The notes beneath the pieces are model-generated. The model was given only the letters and a program-made list of their open reading frames with translations. It was not told the origin of the DNA and did not search any database. Below are positions 8,107 through 18,983 of a stretch of 61,497 bases of DNA, piece after piece (positions within the stretch are counted from its first letter, which is position 1; each line of letters starts with the position of its first letter). Where the stretch lies: IMG/VR virus record IMGVR_UViG_3300030104_001836, positions 1 to 61,497 of that record, one strand, 5' to 3'. This DNA comes from a virus (Duplodnaviria > Caudoviricetes). The translations under genes and the position numbers were made by a program.

Positions 8107-11100
8107 CTAGTCTACCAGTTGAGAAAAATCTAAACCATAGTATTTTTCTAATGCTTTAATTTGATCAATAATTTCTAGTCTTTGTGTTTTAGGTGCTAAT
8201 TTTAAATCTTTGTCTATTTGACTAAAAAATGAATCTTTAATCATTCTTTTAATACCAGTCCTACTAATTTCTATACCATTTTTAATAGCTTCTTCTATAA
8301 TAAATGTAAGTGCAACATTAAGATTTTCATAATCATCACCATATTTACGAACAGCAATGTTAATATTAGTTCTAACATCTTCTAAACTTTTAAGTTTTTT
8401 TTCTTTATTAGAACGAATATTTTGCGTTAAATCATTAAATTGTGCAACCTTTGTAGGTTCAAAACCAAATGTCATTCTAAATACATCACTTAATGTTAAT
8501 TCATATTTAATACTTTGATTTTTATAAGGGTTTGTATACACAGGTTTTTGATCACCTTGTAATGTTTCAGCCATTTTATTTGTAAATAATTCTGTATCTG
8601 TAGCTATTGTAATAAGAGGCATACCACCAGCCATAGCTTCTATAGATTTTAAAGGTTTAAATGCTGGAGATAAATTAACTAAATGATCTACAGCAGTAGC
8701 TCCTTCTTGTTTTAGTTTACTAGATGTAATTAATGTATTAACAAAAGGCCCATAAAAATCTGAAATTTCTGATGGTAAAAATTTATCACCAAATCCAACT
8801 CTATTTGTTAAGTTAATACCTACACCTGTGCCACCTTCAGATATAATTGCTGGAGCACCATGAGTAATAAATTGACCAACCATTCCATTTAAATTTCCTT
8901 TAGCACTTTCATTAATTGCCCATTCTTTTAAATCTTCATCTGGTTCGTATTCTCCACCAGTAAACAATGATATAAGTTGACTTAATAACATATATGCTGG
9001 ATGACCTAATGCACCAGCTAATACAAATGTAGATGCTAAAAATCTAGGAATTTCTGCACCTCGTAAACCAGATATAAATACTAACTCTTGTATAAACCAG
9101 TTTTTAAATTGTAATGGCACACGCAAAAATGTATTTCTAAGCACACCGGGTTTAGCCGCATTATCATAACTAAATTGTTGTTGTTGTATTGCAAACAATC
9201 CAGATTTAATTGCTTGTTCTCTATTTTTTCCTTGTTTTTCTGCTTTAATGTATCCAGCAAAAAATGATGTAGCTCGGTTTAAAGACTCTGCACTTTGAAA
9301 CCATAACATAGATAGTTGACCAAGTTTTGATTGCTCTGTAAATATGTCTGGTGCTCTGTCAGAATAAAAATATGAAGATTTAATTTCTGCTTTTTGTGCA
9401 AGTAATAAAGCATCCATTGCCGCATTAACTTTACTAGCACTATAATTTTTTCTATTTTCTATAATTTCTCTGTAATCATTTCTAGCTAATCTATACAAAG
9501 CAGGAGTAGCTCTTCTAAATCCAGCAGATGTAAGAACAGCACCCATTTTACTATAAGTGTTTAAACCTATTTGTGATAAGTTAACAAGAGCAGATGATAA
9601 ATTAAAGAAAGCTCCAAGTTTTAAATGAGCAGACAAAGATAACATATCGCCTGTAATGGCACGACTTTTTCTTTGTGTTTTACCCATTGATCTTGCCATC
9701 ATTATGGATGTTGCACCACCAATAACAAGAGGAGCAACTGGGCCACCTATAATAAATGGTGTTGCAATAGCACCTATACCTGCCGCATAAAATACTTTTT
9801 TAGGAACAGATTTTTCTAAAGTGTTTAATGCATTGTCTACACTTCTTTCTAAACTTTGAGGGTTATTATTTAAATCACTCCACCAACTTCTTAAATAACT
9901 AGCTATTGGTTCAGCATCACCAGATACTTCACTAACTTCACCCCAACCTTTACGTTCCATAAGGTTTACATAATCATACTTTAATTCATCCATGTAAACA
10001 TACTTAGAAACAGAACCAGCAAATGTTCTAAATACTTTGTCTAAGTTTTTATCATATCCAGCAACACCTCTTCTTTTTAAAGAAAACTCTGGTATTCTTC
10101 TTCTGTTTTTTCTTTTCATTACATCTTTGATATTACCTCGTAACTCTTCAGCAGTGTATTTTTCTGATAAATTTTCAGTTAAAGAGTTCATAATTGATCT
10201 GTATTCTTGATCATTTAATACAGTAGCATCGTTAGAATATATTTGTAAATCAGTAGGTTCAACACGAATTACATCTGTAGGATTATTTTTTATGTGTTCT
10301 TGTGCCGCTTTTATTGCATCTTCTTTACTACTAAAAAATAAAGTATTTTTACTAGATTCAACAGCACTTGCTATTGATTCTATTTCTGCATCAGTTCTGC
10401 CTTGGGCTTTCAATCCTTCTATAGCTTGTTGGCTTAATTGAGGAGTAATTAAATTTTCATATATTTCATTGTTATTTTCATCTACCTCTTTTAAAACTTT
10501 TAATTTAAAATTACCAAAAAATTTATGTGGTACATAACCAACTTTTCTTCTTACAGATGTGCTTTGTAATTTATTTTCTTCAATGTAATATTTTTGATAA
10601 GCATTAATAAAAGAATTAAATGTTGTAGGTGACGTATTAATTAATGGTATACTATAAATTCTTTCATCTATTTCTAATAATTCAGCTAATTGCGTTTGTG
10701 GATTACCAATACCATTTCTTATTTGTCGCATTTTATTAGATCGTTGTACCATTAATCTTTTAAAGTCAGATAAAGAATCTGGACTAATTAAACTATTTAA
10801 ACGAGTTCGTATTAATGCTTGTGCCGATCTTACTTTAGGCAACATACTTCTTCTGTGTTGATCTATATATTTACCAATTTTATCAAATAACAATCTAATT
10901 TCTTTGTACATTGCTATTTCATTGTTACTAAACTTAACAGATTTAATTTTATTTATTTCATTAGTGCTAAATCCTTGACTTCTTAAATCTGCTATTTCTT
11001 GTTTAGTTAAAGTAAAACCTTCTTGTAATTCTTTATCAGTAAATACTTTTTGTGATGCATCACCAACAAACAATATATCAACAACTTTAGAAAATTGTGA

Positions 11101-14100
11101 TCCTTTATATTTAGTTCTAATATTTTTGTATCTATCAATAAAAGTTTTAGATCGTACTCGTATTTTAGATTCATACTCTATTGCTTTTTGAATTAACTTG
11201 GCTATTGATTTATCTTTTAATTGATTAGCAGTAACATAAGTTGGTAAAATATATTTTAAAAGAATTGTAAAACTTGGAAGAATACCTTCTTTAGTTGTTT
11301 TAGATAAGGTTTCTTCTGGTATATGTATTCTATCTGTAGATGATCTATCTTTATCAATAAATGGATCAATTCTTTTTTTGTTTTTTATAATCTTAAACAA
11401 TGAAGTAAGGGTATTCCTTGACCTTTTTATAACATTATCTTTAGTATTATTTTCATTCATGTCTGGAGGAGTAGCCATTGCACCAACTGATCTTGGTGTA
11501 GGGTCTCCTTCATTCTGTAAAATAACTTTTTCTTTAGATTCTTTTGCTATTTCTCTTTCTTTAATAGTTTGAAAGTTAATTCCATTTTCTGCATAATAAG
11601 GTAAAACATAATTTTCTAATACATCTAATTTAGTTGTAGCAGACCATGTTCTACCATCAGATGACTTTTTAAAATCTAAGTCAACCATGCTTTCACTACT
11701 CTTATCTAATCCTCTTTCTATTAAATCTTTTCTTGTAGTAAATACAGTTGCACTATCTCCTCCTGTTTTTTGTATACGCACATCTCCACTATAGGTTTTT
11801 AATTCACCAAATTTACTATTGTAAAGATATGACGTTGCCGCTTGGTAATCAAGCAGAACAGGAATACTAGCTTCTTCTTTTTCATGTTTATAGTTTTTAG
11901 GCATAACAATAGTTTGTATTATTGTACCATCGTTTCTTTGTAGTTTAGCAACTTGACCACCTTTAACAATAGCTGATCCAGTTAACAAATTGCCTGTAAC
12001 AATATACCTTGTTTCTCTTACATTTTCTTGACCAGATACAAACAATTGATCAATTGATTTTCCTTCCGGTGTTGTTGATGCATTTTCAATTCTATTTTCA
12101 GATGATAAATTTCCTTGGTTATCAATAAATCTTGATAAACCTAATGTAATTTTTTGTGCATCACCTTGTGCTAAAGCTATTTTAATTTTAAAACTACCAG
12201 TATTTGTAGCTGTAGATGTTCCTTCATGTTTTCTATCAAGAATAATACCATGTTCAACTATAGCGTTATCTTTTCCTGTGTTTAAAGAAATCCTTACTTG
12301 TGTTCCTACAGGAAAACTTTTTATATTTCTTGTTATTTGATTTTTAACATCTTGTAATTTTTTAACTTGTGATTGTATTTGTGCTGGTTTTTTTGTTGTG
12401 TCTTGACGAATTTTTTCTATAGCAGTATCATATATTTCAACAGCTTGATTTAATTGTTTTTCATTATATTCATCAACTTTTTCTTGAACATTTTTTGTAT
12501 TTAATTCTACATTTTCTGTAGTTAAATCTAAAGTAGTTCTTAATTCTTTTTGTAATTGTAAAGGTGTTAAAGGTTTAGTTTTTTTATTAATAGATACTTG
12601 TTCCATGTAAACTGGTTGTTGAAATATAGTTCCAGTTGTTGAACCATCTTGTATCATATCTACTTCACCAATAGATATTGCATCTGCTTTAGTTAGATTA
12701 GCCATATCTAATGTGTTAGTTCCAAATGCTGTTTCTTCTTCTTTTAACTCTACATATCTTTTTGCAACAAAATCATAATATTCAGTAGCTAATGCTGGAT
12801 CAAATATTAATAAACTACTAGAAACTTTATTAGCAATACCATCTATTTTTCCTGTTAAATCTATATCTAATACATCTCTAATTTCTGCATGAGATTCTAA
12901 AAATTCTTTTGTAACATTATCTCCTAAAGTATTAAAGAAATCTAAAGAGTCCGATGTAGTGTAAACTGAGTCTTGACCACCAGTAACAGTAGCATTTAAT
13001 GATGCCATTTTTTTTGCTAACATAGAAGATAGTCTTTGTTCTGCTGGATGATCAGTTGTCATTATAGTATACTTAGGAAGACTTACTTGTCCTGTTCTAA
13101 ATATACGACCTAACATTTGTAGGTAAGTATTAATTTCTGGTTCAGCTTCTAAGACAATCATGTGTCTTTGTTTTTTATCTTTAGCTCTTTGATCAGAATG
13201 CATAGAGTAACCAGTAGATGCACTTTGATTTATAACTAATACATCTAAGTCACCATTTTGAAAACTATCTATTCTTCTTCTTTTTTTAATAGAGGAGTCA
13301 CCTCTTGGTGTTATAATACCCTTTGAATCTATAGCGTATTGTCTACCTGTAATTTCTCCTACTTTAATATTAGAATTTCGTAAATTGTTAATAATATTAT
13401 CTACTGGATTTAAAGTTAAATTACCAAAATCAGTATCTCTTATTCTACCTTTTAATTCTTCAATTTGTTCTACTAAATTACCTTCACCAAATTCATTAAC
13501 TTCTTCATTAGTTAATTTTTTTCTTGCAGTATAAATAGGAACATCTGCTTTTGGTACTTTAACAGACATAGAATATTCTAAAGCACGATCTAGATACTTT
13601 AATAATAAATCATTATAAGTAAGTGTAATTCTATCACCAGCTTTTAAACTTTTATCTGCCATTATTTGACGAAGTAAATTTTCACCTGTTCGTGAAACTG
13701 TAATAACAACTTTTCTTTGATTGTTTTTTACTTCATTGTTTGCATAATTAACAGCATCGTTTACTTTAAAACTTGTCATTAACATTGTAGAAATATTGTA
13801 CATTTGTGATTTAAAATCACTAGGAACAACTCTACCTTGTAAACCTGTTTTTGCTTGTGCAGATGCAAAATCTGGATCAGAAGATGCAATTTTTTTAGCT
13901 ATGTCAGATAATTGCATATCAATTAAATGTATGTCTAAAAATAAATCAGAAATTTGTTTTGCTAATTCTTTATCGTGTACAACACCTTTTCCATCATTGT
14001 AAACACTATACTCTACACCATCAAAACTTCTTTCAACACGTCTATATTGACCTGTTTGTGCTAACATATTAGTTACAATTTGTTGTAAAGGAATACCTCT

Positions 14101-17100
14101 TGTTTGCATAACATCAACAAATTGATCAGAATCTGGTATAGATTCTTGTATATCTGTATTCATATACAAATCCATAACAACAGGATTTTTAGCCCATGTT
14201 GCAGAAGAAAATACTGCACCTCTAGAATTATTTAAAGCGTGTCTAATAAAAGTAGCACGAGTATTTATTTTGTCAGCTTTTACTTTTCTATTAGAACTAC
14301 CACCAGCGTTGTGACTTTCATCTAAAATAAATATAGCATTTGGTGCAATTGATTCTATAAAATTATGTCTAGCTTTATTAATAGGAGTTTTAAAACCTTG
14401 TTCATCTGCTTTTGAATCTCTATTTAATTGATAATAAGTTGTAAAAATATAATCATAATTATTTTCTAACATACCTTGATCACTAGATAACTTATTTAAT
14501 AAAGCCTCATGTTTTTCTCTTGTTTCAGTTTTAAAACCTTCTTCATTAAGAGAACTTAAATCTACAGTATGATTATTGTCAGTAGGTAATATTTTCATAT
14601 TAGATACATCTTCGCCAATATCTTTCATATCACGAATCATATCAGTATATAAACCAGATTTATGTGTAACAAAAACAACGTGTTGAGCATTTTTCTTTGC
14701 ATATCGCATAAGTGCGGCTACAACTCTACCTTTACCTATTCCTGTTTGATCACCTAAAACAAATCCTTTGTTTGCTTTTAATTGATCAATAGCTAAACCT
14801 AATGCTTCTATTTGTTCTGAACCAAATTTATCATTTACTTCATCTAAACTCATATCTAAATTATCAGCAACATATTGTTTAATGTCACCAACACGAACAT
14901 CTAAGTTACGCAATCCTTTACCAGAAGATGCTAATAACTCTATTGGCATATGAGTGTCTAAAGAATTACCTTTTACTTTAGGATTATATTTAGTTTGAAA
15001 TAATGTATTTCTTTCACCTTGAACATTTTTATATTCAGATTGTATATCTGTAGCAAAACGAACAAATGCACCCATAGATGTTTTCCATTGTTCACTATTA
15101 CTTCTAGCTTCGTTTTTTTGTTCTGGTGTTAAAGAAGTATCAATAAATGATCTGTCAATATCATTAATTAATGATTTCATTGCACTTTGAAAAGGCAATC
15201 CAGCTTTACTATGTTGATCTAATCTTTTTAATAATTGAGGTTTTACTTTATCATATGATTCTTTTGTAGGTTTTATAGTAGGAACACCAAATATTTCTGC
15301 TCCATATTCTACTTGTCCTACACCAGAATCTGGAGTAGCAGAAGCTCCTGCATCCTCTGGAGGTGTTATTCTAGATTTTAAATCATTTAAACTACTAGCA
15401 AAATCATCAAAATCTTCTTCAAGTTTTTCTTGATGATATCTATTTATGTTAGGTGATAACTCTGGATATTTATTTTTTGTTGTGTCATATATTTGTTGTA
15501 ATAACTCTTGTTGATCTTCCATTGTATCAATAAGAGTTTCCTCAATATCATTTTGTAAATAGCTTGGTATTTTAGTTTTTTTAAATCCTTGTAAAGTAGT
15601 AGCATCATAATCTAAATATACTTCTTCAAAAATGTCATAATCATATGTAAAAACATCTTTAATAATTTGTTTATCGTTATTATTTAATCCTTCTATCTTT
15701 CCGATGTCACTGGCGAGGCTTCGTTCAGCCACGACATTATCGTGCTTTCGTTGAGCGTTGTCTCGTAATTCTTGTTGGGTTTCAGTTGTATCGGGAACTG
15801 AACTTGATTCAATTCCTGTGACAGTATCTCCCAACTGTCCAGACACATTTCCAGTAATGTTGTCCCCAACGATCCTTCCTTCAACTTCGTTTCTAGATTG
15901 AACATCCTGTCCCTCGATGGGATCAACAGATTCATCCTCTCTTCTAGGTCTTCCTCGTTCTCCGCTAGTATCTGGAGTCGGTTTGCTAACAGATGTAGGT
16001 ACTCCTCGTACCCCAGTTGTAACTCGTTCTGATGACCCACTAACGTCAGTATCGGGTTGCTCTCTACTGCCCAGAACGCTTTCGCCTCTTTCAACGTCAG
16101 TAATGTCGGTAATTGTTTCAGTGTCTCGCTCACTCACTTCCTCCTTTTGTTCTGCGAACTCCGGTAGGGGAGGAGTCTCTGGTGGTTTTTTATCATAGTT
16201 TTTATTTTTAATATACTTAATTGCATCTTTTATTGGTTTTACCTTAATTTCTTTGGTTTTTTTTCTAATTAATTTACCAGTTGCTTCTTCTTTAATGTCT
16301 AAAGTTGCTTTATTTATTTCATTTATTAAAATTTGAAAATCATTTGGATTACTAGGATTAGTTTGATTTACTAAATATAATCTATCTAATCTATTAGTAT
16401 TTGTAAGTTCATTAACTCTTTGTGCATATGCACTTTCTACATCTTGTAAATATTTTTTACCTGCTACGGATGGATCTATAATTTCTCTTCTATATGCATC
16501 TATAGCATTATAATATTGATTTAGTTTTGTTAATGGTGATCTAGGATCATATAATTTAAATATACCTTGACCATAAGTTATATCGTCTTCTTTTTTTTGT
16601 ACAGCTTGTTCTCTTTGAGTTACTTTATCTTCTACTACAGGTGTTTCTTTTGTAACTGCATCAGTATCTTCTAATGTAGATAGAAAACCAGCCATTTCAT
16701 CTTCTGTTAAAACATTTTTTTCTTCTTCTTTTTTAACAGGCTCAACAGGTGTAGTAGTAGGTTCAGCAAATATTTTTTCAGCCGTAGTTAAAGGTTTTTC
16801 CTCAACAACAGGTGCAACAGCTTCTGGTGTAGTCTCTTCTACTACAGGAGTTTCTTTTACTACAGGAGTAGGTTGTTCTACTGGTCTACCTTCTAATTCA
16901 GCTATTCTTTTATTAATAGCATCAAAGTTTTTTTGTACTGTTTTGTTTTCTAATTTGCCTTGTTCTATATATCTAGATGTAACTTTTAATGCAGATAAAT
17001 TATTTTCTTGAGATAATAAATTATCTAATGGTAATTGTGTTAGTTCATCTTTAAGAGTTTCATTGTCACTTGCAATGGCTTTACCCATTTGTCTATTCCA

Positions 17101-18969
17101 ACCATTGTCACCTGTAATAGAATCTACTTTAATTTTAGGTGTAGGTGTTGGCTTACCTTTTTCAAATTGTTCTCTTTTTTTTGTAAGTTCTTCTAATCCT
17201 TCTTCTAAACCAGTTTTAATTTCGCCTTGCTCATCTCTAATAAGATCATCTTTAGGTAATTGTTTTTGTAAAGATTCTATTTGTGTATCTAATTTTTCTA
17301 TTTTTGGTTTATTAATTTCTTTTTGTTCTTCTGAAAAAAAAGGATTGTCTAAACTTGTTTTTTGTAAAGTTAAATCTGTAATTTCTTTTTGTATGTCTAA
17401 TGCACTTTTATCTGTTTTATCTACAACTTCTTCTTCTACAACACTTTCTTCTATATCATCTCTTGATTGAAATTGTGGTTTACCTTCTTCAAGATTTTTT
17501 TGTTGCATTTCTTCATATGCATCAACTTTAGTTTTAGTTTCTGGTTTATCTAACCAATCTATTTTTAAATCTCTATCTAAAGGTTCTTCAACAATACCAC
17601 CATCATCTAGTTCAACTCTTATGTTTTTACTTGTAGACCCATCATCATTAAGAACAACAGGATATTCTACAACACGACCTTTTCCTATAGGTTCACCAGA
17701 TTTAGTTAATACAATGTTATTAGAACCAACAGGAGGATATCCATCTGGAGAACTATCTGGTGCTACTTCATCTGGTGTTCCAACTTCAGTTGCTTCTTGA
17801 GTTGCTTTTTCTGTATCACCCTCAATAGTTTCAGAACCATCATCTTCTAAAATAGTTTTTTCATCTACTTTATCTTCTAGTTTTTCTTTTCTTTGTACAC
17901 CACCACTTATGCCACCAAATACAAGACCAGCTACAAATCCCGGCCCAAATTGTTCACCTGCATAATCAAATGTTTCTCTTTCTTTATTGTATGTTTGTTC
18001 TATTAAATTTTGTAAAACATTTTGAAATTCTTCTGTTCCACCTTCCCATACACCTTGAGTAACTGATTGTTTAAGTATATTAGCAATTCTACTTTTTACT
18101 CCCGGAACAACTTTATTAAAACGATTTAATAATATTTGAACAGGTAAATAATCAGCAGAACCCGGAGCAACACCAAGTATAGTTGCCATAACAACATCAG
18201 TTTCATCAGTGTCACCATCAAAAGCATATACACGATCTACAGATTCGCCACCTTCCATTGCTATTGCAGTTCCAAGACCAGCTACAGTTCCAACACCAAA
18301 TGGAGCACCAACAACTGAAGCACCTATAATAGGAATAGTGCTACCAATACCTTCAAAACCTTTGTATATTGTATCTGCTAATTTATTATCTTTCCATCGT
18401 TGATCTTGCGGAAATGTTTCTTGTGCAAATTGTTGTAATTCTTCACCAGCTTTAAAAAACTCTGACTCTTTAGCAGAATATTGATTTCTATATGTGTCAA
18501 CTATTTGTTCTGCTCTATCAACAATTTCTGGACTATATTGATCTTTTTCATTTAATATACTAAGAGCGGCTCTATATTGTGCAGTTACTTCCTGTAAATC
18601 ACCAGAAAAATAATCTGGCATTTTTTCAAGACCAGCACCATATTTAAGACCAGAACCTACAGCTTGTATTGTACCAGCAGGTATTGCAGATGTAATTAAA
18701 TCTGCACCAAATTCTGGAAGAGTAGTTAAACCAAATGGTTTTTCTTCTTTAGGTTCTTCTTCTATTGTTTCGGGGGAGGGTTGTACAGACGTTCCTGTAA
18801 GTCTAGATGTGTCAAATGCATTTGTATCTGTGGTAAGAAATTCAGTAAATAATCTTTTATCTGGATATCTATCTTGATATTGACTGTATAACTCGTTTAT
18901 TAAATCTTCATCACTATATAGTAAAAAATTTCTATTATCTTCACGAGCAAGTTCTAAAGGTGTTGGCAT
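8107..18969 (-). CDS. Giant polyvalent internal-virion/ejection protein with Strawberry-notch SF2 helicase
   Basis: 3620 aa; GDQTGIGKGR, ILDESHN, SSATWAK, GEITGR, SASTGYSMHS, QMLGRIFRTGQ; last gene of the ejection-protein cluster. Confidence 0.8.
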   Translation of the reverse strand: MPTPLELAREDNRNFLLYSDEDLINELYSQYQDRYPDKRLFTEFLTTDTNAFDTSRLTGTSVQPSPETIEEEPKEEKPFGLTTLPEFGADLITSAIPAGTIQAVGSGLKYGAGLEKMPDYFSGDLQEVTAQYRAALSILNEKDQYSPEIVDRAEQIVDTYRNQYSAKESEFFKAGEELQQFAQETFPQDQRWKDNKLADTIYKGFEGIGSTIPIIGASVVGAPFGVGTVAGLGTAIAMEGGESVDRVYAFDGDTDETDVVMATILGVAPGSADYLPVQILLNRFNKVVPGVKSRIANILKQSVTQGVWEGGTEEFQNVLQNLIEQTYNKERETFDYAGEQFGPGFVAGLVFGGISGGVQRKEKLEDKVDEKTILEDDGSETIEGDTEKATQEATEVGTPDEVAPDSSPDGYPPVGSNNIVLTKSGEPIGKGRVVEYPVVLNDDGSTSKNIRVELDDGGIVEEPLDRDLKIDWLDKPETKTKVDAYEEMQQKNLEEGKPQFQSRDDIEESVVEEEVVDKTDKSALDIQKEITDLTLQKTSLDNPFFSEEQKEINKPKIEKLDTQIESLQKQLPKDDLIRDEQGEIKTGLEEGLEELTKKREQFEKGKPTPTPKIKVDSITGDNGWNRQMGKAIASDNETLKDELTQLPLDNLLSQENNLSALKVTSRYIEQGKLENKTVQKNFDAINKRIAELEGRPVEQPTPVVKETPVVEETTPEAVAPVVEEKPLTTAEKIFAEPTTTPVEPVKKEEEKNVLTEDEMAGFLSTLEDTDAVTKETPVVEDKVTQREQAVQKKEDDITYGQGIFKLYDPRSPLTKLNQYYNAIDAYRREIIDPSVAGKKYLQDVESAYAQRVNELTNTNRLDRLYLVNQTNPSNPNDFQILINEINKATLDIKEEATGKLIRKKTKEIKVKPIKDAIKYIKNKNYDKKPPETPPLPEFAEQKEEVSERDTETITDITDVERGESVLGSREQPDTDVSGSSERVTTGVRGVPTSVSKPTPDTSGERGRPRREDESVDPIEGQDVQSRNEVEGRIVGDNITGNVSGQLGDTVTGIESSSVPDTTETQQELRDNAQRKHDNVVAERSLASDIGKIEGLNNNDKQIIKDVFTYDYDIFEEVYLDYDATTLQGFKKTKIPSYLQNDIEETLIDTMEDQQELLQQIYDTTKNKYPELSPNINRYHQEKLEEDFDDFASSLNDLKSRITPPEDAGASATPDSGVGQVEYGAEIFGVPTIKPTKESYDKVKPQLLKRLDQHSKAGLPFQSAMKSLINDIDRSFIDTSLTPEQKNEARSNSEQWKTSMGAFVRFATDIQSEYKNVQGERNTLFQTKYNPKVKGNSLDTHMPIELLASSGKGLRNLDVRVGDIKQYVADNLDMSLDEVNDKFGSEQIEALGLAIDQLKANKGFVLGDQTGIGKGRVVAALMRYAKKNAQHVVFVTHKSGLYTDMIRDMKDIGEDVSNMKILPTDNNHTVDLSSLNEEGFKTETREKHEALLNKLSSDQGMLENNYDYIFTTYYQLNRDSKADEQGFKTPINKARHNFIESIAPNAIFILDESHNAGGSSNRKVKADKINTRATFIRHALNNSRGAVFSSATWAKNPVVMDLYMNTDIQESIPDSDQFVDVMQTRGIPLQQIVTNMLAQTGQYRRVERSFDGVEYSVYNDGKGVVHDKELAKQISDLFLDIHLIDMQLSDIAKKIASSDPDFASAQAKTGLQGRVVPSDFKSQMYNISTMLMTSFKVNDAVNYANNEVKNNQRKVVITVSRTGENLLRQIMADKSLKAGDRITLTYNDLLLKYLDRALEYSMSVKVPKADVPIYTARKKLTNEEVNEFGEGNLVEQIEELKGRIRDTDFGNLTLNPVDNIINNLRNSNIKVGEITGRQYAIDSKGIITPRGDSSIKKRRRIDSFQNGDLDVLVINQSASTGYSMHSDQRAKDKKQRHMIVLEAEPEINTYLQMLGRIFRTGQVSLPKYTIMTTDHPAEQRLSSMLAKKMASLNATVTGGQDSVYTTSDSLDFFNTLGDNVTKEFLESHAEIRDVLDIDLTGKIDGIANKVSSSLLIFDPALATEYYDFVAKRYVELKEEETAFGTNTLDMANLTKADAISIGEVDMIQDGSTTGTIFQQPVYMEQVSINKKTKPLTPLQLQKELRTTLDLTTENVELNTKNVQEKVDEYNEKQLNQAVEIYDTAIEKIRQDTTKKPAQIQSQVKKLQDVKNQITRNIKSFPVGTQVRISLNTGKDNAIVEHGIILDRKHEGTSTATNTGSFKIKIALAQGDAQKITLGLSRFIDNQGNLSSENRIENASTTPEGKSIDQLFVSGQENVRETRYIVTGNLLTGSAIVKGGQVAKLQRNDGTIIQTIVMPKNYKHEKEEASIPVLLDYQAATSYLYNSKFGELKTYSGDVRIQKTGGDSATVFTTRKDLIERGLDKSSESMVDLDFKKSSDGRTWSATTKLDVLENYVLPYYAENGINFQTIKEREIAKESKEKVILQNEGDPTPRSVGAMATPPDMNENNTKDNVIKRSRNTLTSLFKIIKNKKRIDPFIDKDRSSTDRIHIPEETLSKTTKEGILPSFTILLKYILPTYVTANQLKDKSIAKLIQKAIEYESKIRVRSKTFIDRYKNIRTKYKGSQFSKVVDILFVGDASQKVFTDKELQEGFTLTKQEIADLRSQGFSTNEINKIKSVKFSNNEIAMYKEIRLLFDKIGKYIDQHRRSMLPKVRSAQALIRTRLNSLISPDSLSDFKRLMVQRSNKMRQIRNGIGNPQTQLAELLEIDERIYSIPLINTSPTTFNSFINAYQKYYIEENKLQSTSVRRKVGYVPHKFFGNFKLKVLKEVDENNNEIYENLITPQLSQQAIEGLKAQGRTDAEIESIASAVESSKNTLFFSSKEDAIKAAQEHIKNNPTDVIRVEPTDLQIYSNDATVLNDQEYRSIMNSLTENLSEKYTAEELRGNIKDVMKRKNRRRIPEFSLKRRGVAGYDKNLDKVFRTFAGSVSKYVYMDELKYDYVNLMERKGWGEVSEVSGDAEPIASYLRSWWSDLNNNPQSLERSVDNALNTLEKSVPKKVFYAAGIGAIATPFIIGGPVAPLVIGGATSIMMARSMGKTQRKSRAITGDMLSLSAHLKLGAFFNLSSALVNLSQIGLNTYSKMGAVLTSAGFRRATPALYRLARNDYREIIENRKNYSASKVNAAMDALLLAQKAEIKSSYFYSDRAPDIFTEQSKLGQLSMLWFQSAESLNRATSFFAGYIKAEKQGKNREQAIKSGLFAIQQQQFSYDNAAKPGVLRNTFLRVPLQFKNWFIQELVFISGLRGAEIPRFLASTFVLAGALGHPAYMLLSQLISLFTGGEYEPDEDLKEWAINESAKGNLNGMVGQFITHGAPAIISEGGTGVGINLTNRVGFGDKFLPSEISDFYGPFVNTLITSSKLKQEGATAVDHLVNLSPAFKPLKSIEAMAGGMPLITIATDTELFTNKMAETLQGDQKPVYTNPYKNQSIKYELTLSDVFRMTFGFEPTKVAQFNDLTQNIRSNKEKKLKSLEDVRTNINIAVRKYGDDYENLNVALTFIIEEAIKNGIEISRTGIKRMIKDSFFSQIDKDLKLAPKTQRLEIIDQIKALEKYYGLDFSQLVD
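15693..16133 (-). CDS. Nested +1-frame gene inside the giant protein gene (146 aa)
   Basis: AAGGAGG 6 nt before a GTG start; outer-frame codons become C/G-ending over this span. Confidence 0.65.
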   Translation of the reverse strand: MSETLKQLPTLLTLKEAKAFWAVESNPILTLVGHQNELQLGYEEYLHLLANRLQILAENEEDLEERMNLLIPSRDRMFNLETKLKEGSLGTTLLEMCLDSWEILSQELNQVQFPIQLKPNKNYETTLNESTIMSWLNEASPVTSER

Positions 18970-18983
18970 TTTAATCCTTTATA

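Noticed and set aside
15917-16198. Antisense ORF within the giant gene
   Set aside because: No SD and Ser/Leu-rich shadow composition; explained by the local GC rise
8107-18969. DarB-like methyltransferase or virion RNA polymerase in the giant protein
   Set aside because: No NPP[YF] or DxDGD catalytic motif found by eye
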